From: Eubacteriales bacterium
Lineage (GTDB): Bacteria > Bacillota > Clostridia > Oscillospirales > CAG-272
Length of the DNA stretch: 64,000 bases
NCBI GenBank assembly: GCA_045633005.1
Contig: JAZQXT010000047.1
Span: 33,476 to 97,475, forward strand
Direction: 5' to 3'
Below the pieces are notes generated by a model. That model worked only from the letters and a program-made list of their open reading frames with translations, made no database searches and had not been told where the DNA came from. Positions 56,187 to 64,000 of this stretch are shown piece after piece; the first letter of the stretch is position 1; the number at the start of each line of letters is the position of its first letter. The translations under genes and the position numbers were made by a program.

Positions 56187-56822
56187 TCATATAATTCCGA
56201 GTTCCTTTGCCCTTGCCTTGAGCCCTGCCGTTGCCGTTTTCGGACTTTCGGCTTTCATGATAGCGGAAACCACGCAGATACCCGCGATGGGAATTCCTGC
56301 GAGAATGTCGATATTGTTTTTGTTCAGACCTCCGATGGCATTCACGGGAATCGGCACAGCCTTGCAAATGTCAGCCAAGGTTTCGGTGGAAGTGAGAACG
56401 GTTTTTACCTTTGTCGTGGTTGGATAGATCGCGCCGACGCCGAGGTAGTCCGCACCGCCCTCGTATGCTTCAAGCGCCCAAGGAACGGTCTTTGCGGTCG
56501 CTCCGATAATGAAGTCGTCGCCGAGGATTCTGCGTGCAGTCGCAATAGGCATATCCTCTTTTCCGAGGTGAACACCCTCTGCTCCTACGGCAAGGGCTAC
56601 ATCTATACGGTCGTCAATGATCAGCGGAACACCGTATTTTTTCGTCAGCTCGTGAACCTTTTCGGCAAGCTCGATATACTCCATTGTGGATTTGTTCTTC
56701 TCACGGAGTTGCAAGATCGTCGCACCGCCTGCGAGCGCTTCTTCCACACGGCGAAGAAATTCTGCTTCCTCAAAGCCCGTGGAATCGGTTATAAAATAAA
56801 GTGTTGTATCAAATTTTTTCAT
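56187..56822 (-). CDS. thiE: Thiamine phosphate synthase
   Basis: QLREK, IIDDRIDVA, GVHLG, NAIGG. Confidence 0.95.
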   Translation of the reverse strand: MKKFDTTLYFITDSTGFEEAEFLRRVEEALAGGATILQLREKNKSTMEYIELAEKVHELTKKYGVPLIIDDRIDVALAVGAEGVHLGKEDMPIATARRILGDDFIIGATAKTVPWALEAYEGGADYLGVGAIYPTTTKVKTVLTSTETLADICKAVPIPVNAIGGLNKNNIDILAGIPIAGICVVSAIMKAESPKTATAGLKARAKELGII

Positions 56823-56831
56823 ATTTGCTCC

Positions 56832-58085
56832 TTACACATACAGATAATCGTTCAGCACGGGCTGAAGTCCTTCGCCCTCGATATCACGATACATCCGCTC
56901 AAGACTGCGGTTATCGTCAATTTCAAACTGCTCGTCGCCCTGAACCTCGTCGCTCTCTTTTCCGCTGTATTTGCTTTCGTGGTCGCCGATGCCCGTAGAA
57001 ACACCTGCCGAAACCTTGGTAGCGGCGATCTTCACGATGCCGTTGCGGAACTCCGCGCTCTCACGGGAAGACACGGTGATACCGACGAACGGAAGGAAGA
57101 TACGGTATGCGCAAATGATCTGACAAAGCTGTTTTTCGTGAACGTCAAGGGGATTTATCTTGTCATTGTTGATTATAGGGCGAAGTCGGGGACAGGACAG
57201 CGACATCTCGGCGTGAGGATACTTTCTCTGCAAATAGTAGACGTGCAATGCACTTGCCAAAGCATCCTTGCGGAAATCCGAAAGTCCGAGCAACGCCGAG
57301 AATGCCACACCTCGCATACCGCCGCGCAAGGCTCGCTCCTGCGCGTCAAAGCGGTAGGGCCACACGCGCTTGTGTCCGAGAAGATGAAGCTGTTCGTATC
57401 TATCGGTATCATAGGTTTCTTGGAATACGGTCACGTAGTCCGCTCCGCATTCGTGAAGATACTTGTACTCATCGGTATTGACGGGATAGATCTCAAGACC
57501 GACCATTCGGAAATACCTTCTCGCCAGCTTGCAGGCTTCGCCGATGTATTCGACGTTGCTCTGCGCACGGCTCTCGCCCGTAAGAATCAGAATTTCTTCC
57601 ATTCCGCTGTCGGCGATGACCTTCATTTCCTTTTCGATCTGCTCCATAGAGAGCTTCATACGGTTGATGTGGTTGTAGCAATTAAAGCCGCAATATACGC
57701 AATAGTTCTCGCAATAGTTTGCGATATAAATGGGCGTGAACAGATAGACGGTGTTTCCGAAATGCTTACTCGTTTCAAATCTTGCACGCTCTGCCATCTG
57801 TTCGAGAAACGGCTCGGCGGCGGGTGATAAAAGCGCCTTGAAGTCCTCAATCGAACAGTTGGTATGCTCCAACGCGGATCTTACATCTCTTGCCGTGTAT
57901 TTGCCGTAATCGTAAGAGTTCATCTGCGACATTACTTTGGAACACACGTCCGACTCGATGATCTCCATGTCGGGCAGATATTCCATATGACTCTTACGGC
58001 TCGCGGGATCGTTTTCGATGCGGTGTTTTTTTGCAAGTGCTTCGGGCGACAGATGCTCCGAGTCTACAAAGAATTGATTTTCCAT
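56832..58085 (-). CDS. thiH: 2-iminoacetate synthase (radical SAM)
   Basis: CENYCVYCGF, FQETY, SSRES, GDEQFEIDD. Confidence 0.95.
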   Translation of the reverse strand: MENQFFVDSEHLSPEALAKKHRIENDPASRKSHMEYLPDMEIIESDVCSKVMSQMNSYDYGKYTARDVRSALEHTNCSIEDFKALLSPAAEPFLEQMAERARFETSKHFGNTVYLFTPIYIANYCENYCVYCGFNCYNHINRMKLSMEQIEKEMKVIADSGMEEILILTGESRAQSNVEYIGEACKLARRYFRMVGLEIYPVNTDEYKYLHECGADYVTVFQETYDTDRYEQLHLLGHKRVWPYRFDAQERALRGGMRGVAFSALLGLSDFRKDALASALHVYYLQRKYPHAEMSLSCPRLRPIINNDKINPLDVHEKQLCQIICAYRIFLPFVGITVSSRESAEFRNGIVKIAATKVSAGVSTGIGDHESKYSGKESDEVQGDEQFEIDDNRSLERMYRDIEGEGLQPVLNDYLYV

Positions 58086-58095
58086 ATTGCGCTCC

Positions 58096-58866
58096 TTAAT
58101 CACGAAGGAAGCCCGTCAAGGGATCGGATGCGGATGCGCCGCGGGTCAGCACTCTGCCAAGTCCCGAAAGATATGCCTTACGCCCCGCTTCGATCGCCTG
58201 CTTGAACGCCGCCGCCATCATAGGAAGATCGCCCGCGGTTGCAAGCGCGGTGTTTGCCATAATTGCCGCCGCACCCATTTCCATTGTCTCGCAAGCCTGA
58301 GAAGGTCTGCCGATGCCCGCATCAACGATGATGGGAAGATCTATTTCGTCTATGAGAATTTGAATGAATTCCTTTGTAGCAAGTCCTTTGTTTGAGCCGA
58401 TGGGAGAAGCCAAGGGCATAACACTTGCCGCGCCTGCGTTTACGAGGTCACGCGCGGTGTTCAGATCGGGGTACATATACGGCATTACCACAAATCCCTC
58501 GTTTGCGAGAATTTCGGTCGCCTTGACGGTTTCCGCGTTGTCGGGAAGCAGATATTTTGAATCGCGCATAATTTCGATCTTTACGAAGTTACCGCATCCA
58601 AGCTCACGGGCAAGGCGTGCGATACGGACTGCTTCCTCGGCGTTTCTCGCGCCCGATGTATTGGGAAGAAGCGTGATTCCTTCGGGTATGTAGTCGAGAA
58701 TGTTTTCGTGTTCTTTGGTGTTGGCACGGCGTACCGCAAGCGTGATAATTTCCGCGCCTGCATCCTTGATTGCCGCTTCAATGAGCTTCATCGAATATTT
58801 GCCCGAGCCGAGAATGAAACGGGAGTTAAATTCGTGACCGCCGATAATAAGTTTGTCGTTGTTCAT
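58096..58866 (-). CDS. thiG: Thiazole synthase
   Basis: [29 protein letters not shown]. Confidence 0.95.
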   Translation of the reverse strand: MNNDKLIIGGHEFNSRFILGSGKYSMKLIEAAIKDAGAEIITLAVRRANTKEHENILDYIPEGITLLPNTSGARNAEEAVRIARLARELGCGNFVKIEIMRDSKYLLPDNAETVKATEILANEGFVVMPYMYPDLNTARDLVNAGAASVMPLASPIGSNKGLATKEFIQILIDEIDLPIIVDAGIGRPSQACETMEMGAAAIMANTALATAGDLPMMAAAFKQAIEAGRKAYLSGLGRVLTRGASASDPLTGFLRD

Positions 58867-58879
58867 TTCTTTTTCCTCT

Positions 58880-59515
58880 TTATACTTCAAATTGTTTTGC
58901 TATTATTCGCAGTACCGCGTGCGCCTGATGTGCGGCGCAAAGCATAACGCGGGACGATACAAGTCCGATCCCTTCTGCAACTTCGCTTTCTTCGTCTCCG
59001 CACAGATAGAATTTGCTCGTTACTTTTCTTGTTTTGATGCGGTTGGCTTCATTCAGCCCCGCCATACCCGAAGCCGCTACGAGGTACTTATCTCGCATTC
59101 GGGTTAGAACGATCTCCGCAAGCATTGCCTTATATTCCACGCCGTCAAACGCTTCGCAGATGATATCCGCGCCTTTCAAAAGTGTTATTGCATTATCTTC
59201 CGTGATACGCTCCGTATGTACTTCAAGCGAAATATACGGCGCTATTTCTTTAAGATTCTCCGCAAGCGCTTCGGTCTTATACATACCGATCTGATCAGCC
59301 TTATACTGCTGACGGTGAAGATTTGTTATATCCACACGGTCAAAATCGATCAGTATCAGTTTTCCGACACCCGCTCTTGCGAGAGCTATGGCGATATTTG
59401 AGCCAAGACCGCCAAGACCGCATACGGCAACGGTTGCCGCCGCAAACGCCTCGTGCAATTCTTCGCCGTGGCGCTCTTCCAAGGCGTTATTCCATTCTTC
59501 TTTTGTAGGGATCAC
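58880..59515 (-). CDS. thiF: Sulfur carrier protein adenylyltransferase
   Basis: [21 protein letters not shown]. Confidence 0.92.
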   Translation of the reverse strand: MIPTKEEWNNALEERHGEELHEAFAAATVAVCGLGGLGSNIAIALARAGVGKLILIDFDRVDITNLHRQQYKADQIGMYKTEALAENLKEIAPYISLEVHTERITEDNAITLLKGADIICEAFDGVEYKAMLAEIVLTRMRDKYLVAASGMAGLNEANRIKTRKVTSKFYLCGDEESEVAEGIGLVSSRVMLCAAHQAHAVLRIIAKQFEV

Positions 59516-59710
59516 TCAACCACCTCCCACAAAGCTGACGATCTCTATGCTGTCGCCGTCATGAAGCACGGCTTCACCATACTGTGCCTTGGGAACAATA
59601 TCTCCGTTGCGCTCGACAGCGATCCGCTTCACATCGTAGTTCGTTGCCGCAAGATATTCGGCAATGGTCTTGCCCGCAATATCCTTTGGTTCTCCGTTCA
59701 CCTTTACCAT
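59516..59710 (-). CDS. thiS: Sulfur carrier protein
   Basis: MVKVNGE...IEIVSFVGGG with C-terminal GG. Confidence 0.95.
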   Translation of the reverse strand: MVKVNGEPKDIAGKTIAEYLAATNYDVKRIAVERNGDIVPKAQYGEAVLHDGDSIEIVSFVGGG

Positions 59711-59802
59711 TTCGCACCTCCACAAAAAATTGCAACAAAAAAGGAGCTACCGATTCGGTAACTCCAAAAATTCTTCTGTTCCTCCCAATATTCTCGTATC
59801 AG

Positions 59803-59890
59803 GCATCCCTACGTTGGCATTATCCAAATCAGGTTCTCGGTCGAAGGTCACACCTTCCTCTCAGCCTGTATACAAGCTCCCGTTTGTTCA
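59803..59890 (-). ncRNA. TPP riboswitch with downstream attenuator hairpin (~59737-59766)
   Basis: GGGAGC...GGCTGAGAG...GACC...ACCTGAT TTGGATAATGCCAA CGTAGGGA upstream of thiS. Confidence 0.93.
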
Positions 59891-60101
59891 GTTGTGAGTA
59901 CATTATACACCCACTTGCAGAAAAAAACAAGTATATTTCACGAATTTTATCAGTTTTTTCCATTTGACTTCATCTGCATTTCAAATATAAGCCATGCACG
60001 GGATGGCTGGGCGTTTTTTCCACCCATCACAAGCATCTTCGGCGGATTCATAAACATAAACAGCCGATGAGATTTCTTTCGATTTCTCATCGGCTGTTTC
60101 G

Positions 60102-61427
60102 TTATTCAACTTTCAATATATTGATCTTCTCTTTCCTGAGCAAGAACGCATACGCGACGAGCGATACGATGCTGTCAAATGCGTTTCCGATACCGAACAG
60201 CAAGGCAATACCCGTAAGTGTGGGAGTCCACGCGTTCACCAAGTAAAGAACAAACGCGATGCCGTAATAGATCGTATTCGTTACGACCGATTCAAACAGC
60301 ATATAATTCGTCTTGCCAAGTCCGTAAAAGGTAGAATCAAATACGTTCTGAACGGCGTACAGCACGTAGAAGCCAACAAGAAGCAGTACCAAGCCGAACA
60401 GCTTATCCGCGTCGGTAAAGCCGAGCACGTGAGTCATAAACGGCTTCCAAGCGGGAATCGAGACAAACCACAAAATCGAAATAATTGCCGTGATTCCAAA
60501 ATAGCCAAGCGAGTTTTTGCGGATATTCTCTTTGTCGGTCGATACCTCTTGCTTGATCAGCTCGCCGAGCTGAAGCACGGGGAGAAGCAACCAACCCCAA
60601 ATGAAATTATTTGCAACCCAATACGTACCTTGTTCACCGACAACGTTGACCATCCGCGCGATCATCACCATATACGCAACGTTGCGCACGAGCGATTCCG
60701 CGCCCGAAATACCGCCGACCTTGATAAATTCCTTCGTCCAAGCAAAGCTGAGCTTTGTCTTTCCGAACACCTTGATTCCTTCCTTTGAGAGAAGCACGAG
60801 CGATACTACAAGCAACAGCGCGTTGACAATGATGTTGGAATATCCGATTCCGTTCACGCCGAGATTTGCCGAAATGGGCAAGGCGGAAACGAGGAATGTG
60901 TCGGATGCAAGACACAGCGCAAGTCTTGCACCCGTGAGGGCGTAAAGGTATTTGCTCTTGTTGACGGTAACGAGCGCCACGAGAGCGAACTGCGTGAGAA
61001 TCGAGAAAACGTTTGCGATGCTCTCAATTCGTATGTAGCTTGCGGACGCTTCAATGATATTTGTGTCGGTTGCCATAAGCGCAAGCAACGGCTCTGCAAA
61101 GACGATCACCACGGCGGAAAGAACGGCATACACGCCAAGCGAGATCAGCATGCCCGTCCGCACGCGGTTTGAAAATTCGCATTTGTCCTCTTTGACTTTA
61201 CCCACGAAATAGAAAAGCGGCAAAATGATCGCCTCGTTCATGATCTCATAAAGCAGATTCACCCACGAGAGCTGACCTGCGATTGAGAAGGAATACTCTC
61301 CGGGCAACTGTCCAAGGAAGAACACGCGCACGGTCGTGTAGATCGTCGGTGCAAGTCCGAGAACGAGGAGCGCCGCAAAGAGCTTGTAGTTTATTCGGCT
61401 GAGTGACAGTTTGAGTTTGGAAAACAT
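60102..61427 (-). CDS. MATE family efflux transporter
   Basis: About 12 TM segments, two-repeat organisation, LGVNGIGYS. Confidence 0.75.
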   Translation of the reverse strand: MFSKLKLSLSRINYKLFAALLVLGLAPTIYTTVRVFFLGQLPGEYSFSIAGQLSWVNLLYEIMNEAIILPLFYFVGKVKEDKCEFSNRVRTGMLISLGVYAVLSAVVIVFAEPLLALMATDTNIIEASASYIRIESIANVFSILTQFALVALVTVNKSKYLYALTGARLALCLASDTFLVSALPISANLGVNGIGYSNIIVNALLLVVSLVLLSKEGIKVFGKTKLSFAWTKEFIKVGGISGAESLVRNVAYMVMIARMVNVVGEQGTYWVANNFIWGWLLLPVLQLGELIKQEVSTDKENIRKNSLGYFGITAIISILWFVSIPAWKPFMTHVLGFTDADKLFGLVLLLVGFYVLYAVQNVFDSTFYGLGKTNYMLFESVVTNTIYYGIAFVLYLVNAWTPTLTGIALLFGIGNAFDSIVSLVAYAFLLRKEKINILKVE

Positions 61428-61430
61428 ATC

Positions 61431-61751
61431 TCACGAATTCCTTTCTTTGACGATTTTGTATCCGTTTTGTACGCCCTTTGTTTTCTTGGCATGACAGCGA
61501 ATTTCGTTGACCTTCCAATGTGGGAAACTATCCGCTTTTTCTTCGTTGGTCAGATAATGGCAAAGCACAATGTTCGGCTTTACATCCTTGCCACCGTCAG
61601 CAATAGGTCGGATATGATCGATTGTTGGTTGGTATGCGCTATGAGGGTTTCCGCAAGCTGATTTCAACATCAGCCTACCGGCATAATCATACGCTTCTTC
61701 CCTTGTTCCGTAAATTTCATTCCAAAGATCTTTGATTGAATACTTAGACAT
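61431..61751 (-). CDS. Small HNH endonuclease
   Basis: TIDHIRPIADGG...NIVLCHYLTNEEKAD; AAGGAG RBS. Confidence 0.85.
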   Translation of the reverse strand: MSKYSIKDLWNEIYGTREEAYDYAGRLMLKSACGNPHSAYQPTIDHIRPIADGGKDVKPNIVLCHYLTNEEKADSFPHWKVNEIRCHAKKTKGVQNGYKIVKERNS

Positions 61752-62034
61752 TATTTTTTCTCCTTTAATGAAAAGTTTAATAGTTGAACCTCAGTACTAA
61801 CAGCATGAGGTGACAGAAGAAAAAATAAACCTCCTTTGTGACAGATTGTATACGGACAAAAGAAAAAGCATCCGCACGCACGCGCAGACGCCAAAAAAGA
61901 TGACAATTATCCCATCAGCTGACGAGTCTGCGACCAAAAGTACGAAACCGTCGGAGGTTACCGCAAGTCTGTCAGGTTTGCGGTAATTCTCCCAATTGCC
62001 GAAGCAATCGCTCAAGTCACTATTCACTTGCACT

Positions 62035-62063
62035 TATTATATCATATTTTTCTCTACTCGTCA
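62035..62063 (-). promoter_or_regulatory. Sigma-A promoter ~280 nt upstream of the HNH gene
   Basis: TTGACG-17nt-TATAAT. Confidence 0.7.
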
Positions 62064-62235
62064 ATCGCCTTTTTCTTTGTTTATTGCTCCCAATTATTTG
62101 GGGAGCGGAAAGAGTTTTTATGCCCAAGCGCCACTACTGTATATTCGAACTAATTAGTTTCGATTGGTTTAGAAAAATGTTTTTTCAAACAAAAAGCCAG
62201 CAGAAATCAATCTGTTCTACTGGCCTTTAATTTTA

Positions 62236-63144
62236 TTAGTTCAACTCGTAATTATTGTCATTATGATTGGATTGAGCAACATCAAAAGAATCTCGTATAT
62301 TGTTATCACCCCAGAATTTTGAAGTATAAAATGCATTTGAAAAATCCAAGGCATGTTGTGAGGACAACTCATCTTTATAAGTTATGTAACAGGCAGATAA
62401 TGATTTATCGCTAATTTGATCGTAAAACAATCGAGAATGGCAACAATTAATAAATAACATATCTATACTTTTATTGCTTTGTAAAAATACTCTTTCAACC
62501 GTTGTAGGCTTCGCATTTGCTCCCTGAAAACATATATATCCGTTTTGAGTACCATGACCAGCTATGTGAACATAATCGAATTTATATTTTGTAATATACG
62601 TTTTAAACACCTCTAAAGTACATCCCAGCAGTGGAACTACATAATACATTGATTCCTTGGATATGTCATAAATTCTATGTATCTCTTCGTTCACAAATAT
62701 CCGATCATTTAAATCTGTTGTTCCTGCAACTAAAACCAATTTACTTCCACGTCTATCTCTTTCTTCCAATGTCATATTTAAATATTCCACTATTTTTGTG
62801 TATGTGACTGAAGCATACTCAAAATTTATAAATGATAATAATGTTTTCTTGCTTTTAATTATGCCATTGCGATCATTTTCTCTTTCGTTAGATATCAAGC
62901 CGCGCAAATTTGATGCTAAAGACGCAACGGGAGATACCAGCAAAGAATCTCTTTCTCTAACAAGTTTTATTTGTAAATCATTAATTTCTTTTACAACGTT
63001 TGTTTCTTTTAAGTATGAAATTGTTTGTTTGGGATTGTCTATGTTATTAATGGTTAATACATTATCCAGCATATGAAAAATACTTATAAATTTTTCATAG
63101 AAAGGAATCCCTCTCACAAGGGTATCATAATTATCAAAAAGCAT
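62236..63144 (-). CDS. CHAT/caspase-like peptidase domain protein
   Basis: VHIAGHG and LFINCCHS His/Cys dyad motifs; very AT-rich. Confidence 0.75.
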   Translation of the reverse strand: MLFDNYDTLVRGIPFYEKFISIFHMLDNVLTINNIDNPKQTISYLKETNVVKEINDLQIKLVRERDSLLVSPVASLASNLRGLISNERENDRNGIIKSKKTLLSFINFEYASVTYTKIVEYLNMTLEERDRRGSKLVLVAGTTDLNDRIFVNEEIHRIYDISKESMYYVVPLLGCTLEVFKTYITKYKFDYVHIAGHGTQNGYICFQGANAKPTTVERVFLQSNKSIDMLFINCCHSRLFYDQISDKSLSACYITYKDELSSQHALDFSNAFYTSKFWGDNNIRDSFDVAQSNHNDNNYELN

Positions 63145-63349
63145 TTTCTTCTCCTATTTCTTATACATTTACTTCATATAGCCATAATAGCATTATACCA
63201 CAAAAAACAACATTTTTCAACCAAAAGGCCAAAATTGGATTTTCGCTTTTAACACTTGACAAAGTTCTTTTTCTAAGTTACAATACGACACCGGCGGAAG
63301 AAGAAAAGCCCTTGAGGTGGGAGTTTGATTCCCTGCTCTCAAAGGCTTT

Positions 63350-63547
63350 CGACCACATGGCTTGACCACGAGGTTTCGGTTATTTATGACCACATATTTC
63401 GGTCGGTTGCTTTCGAGCTGACCACATTCGTTTTTCTCTGTCGGTTTTCTTCTTGCGGCTGCTACCACCGTCCTGATGATTTGACCGATTTTTGGGTGAC
63501 CACTTGTGCTTTTTTGAGGCGCGAGTTTTGACCACATTCTTGACCAT
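63350..63547 (+). repeat. Cluster of TGACCAC direct repeats (integrase arm-type sites)
   Basis: Exact copies at 63363, 63387, 63419, 63497, 63529 plus variants; same motif at 52911, 52923 and a variant at 52942. Confidence 0.7.
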
Positions 63548-63662
63548 AGTGCGGAGTGGACTACATGGAAACAGTAGCAAACGAGAGCACGAAATTGCAT
63601 TTTTTCCGTAGTGGAAAGGCTTAAAAAAACACGAAATAACCGAAAAAAATTCTATTTGCCGT

Positions 63663-63705
63663 TTGGGTGGTAGAGGACGCGAGTTCAAGCCTTGCTGTTA
63701 CGATA
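63663..63705 (+). other. Degenerate tRNA-Pro 3' fragment (att remnant) followed by terminator
   Basis: TTGGGTGGTAGAGGACGCGAGTTCAAGC resembles 52174-52201; hairpin at 63705-63739. Confidence 0.65.
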
Positions 63706-63928
63706 AAAAGGCTTTGAGAGCAATTCTCAAAGCCTTTTTAACCTTAGCGACTGTTTTTAATTGACTTCAAGCACATCGACAATACCAAGAGGCAAAGCGC
63801 GGGATGGGTGGGCAAAACGACCAGCCATCCCGCTCAATTATTCATCGTCCGCAATCGGCATCAAGAAGATTTCTGCCATAAGGTACGCGCCTAACTATGG
63901 TGTTTAGAAGTTTGATAACAACTTTTTA

Positions 63929-64000
63929 TTATATATCGTCATCTTCGCCAATAAACCCCATATCAACTTGTTCCTTGAGCATTGACTTTAGATACTTTAC
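63929..64000 (-). CDS. 3' end of a gene entering from beyond the window
   Basis: Open frame ...KSMLKEQVDMGFIGEDDDI*. Confidence 0.4.
   Translation of the reverse strand, partial: VKYLKSMLKEQVDMGFIGEDDDI

Noticed and set aside
56163..57827. 554-aa plus-strand ORF
   Set aside because: Antisense shadow of thiE/thiH
58880..59710. ThiF/ThiS as E1/ubiquitin-like partners of the JAB protein
   Set aside because: They sit in a canonical TPP-riboswitch thiamine operon 19 kb away, and ThiS already ends in GG so needs no JAB processing
61919..61950. Hammerhead-like core CTGACGA...GAAA on the plus strand
   Set aside because: Stem II is imperfect and I cannot form stems I and III around a cleavage triplet; an Infernal search would settle it
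62144..62164. Possible second LexA box (TCGAACTAATTAGTTTCGA)
   Set aside because: Spacing does not fit GAAC-N4-GTTC
63350..63547. CRISPR array
   Set aside because: Repeats are only 7 bp with irregular spacing and there are no cas genes; they fit integrase arm sites

Overview
Chromosomal window from a Clostridia-class Firmicute (taxonomy inferred from gene content, SD/sigma-A signals and a Firmicutes-type LexA box). About 1-19.9 kb is GC-rich core genome (phosphoesterase, Nif3, trmK, prfB, Sfp-type PPTase, hprK, PrsA-like PPIase, sugar oxidoreductase/epimerase). Embedded in it is a six-gene phage head/packaging operon (terS, terL, portal, scaffold, capsid, adaptor with a long predicted beta-hairpin) with no integrase, replication, lysis or tail genes. 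A lone LexA-boxed RinA/ArpU-like regulator lies about 9.3 kb away. Together these are the best candidate for an undescribed system: a domesticated, possibly SOS-inducible, gene-transfer-agent-like particle. About 19.9-25.6 kb holds two SipW-signal LRR surface proteins behind a promoter flanked by perfect 22-bp inverted repeats next to a tyrosine recombinase (phase switch, ON here). About 25.9-52.4 kb is an integrative mobilizable element plus AT-rich cargo: CHAP protein, PP2C/Ser-Thr kinase/FHA/FHA-ABC module with a putative shared operator, JAB + Cys-rich peptide, STAND-like protein, integrase, relaxase, TA pair. About 52.4-63.7 kb is an integrase-less island between tRNA-Pro 3' fragments, carrying a TPP-riboswitch thiamine operon, MATE, HNH and CHAT genes. 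All family calls come from motif recognition by eye; no searches were run.
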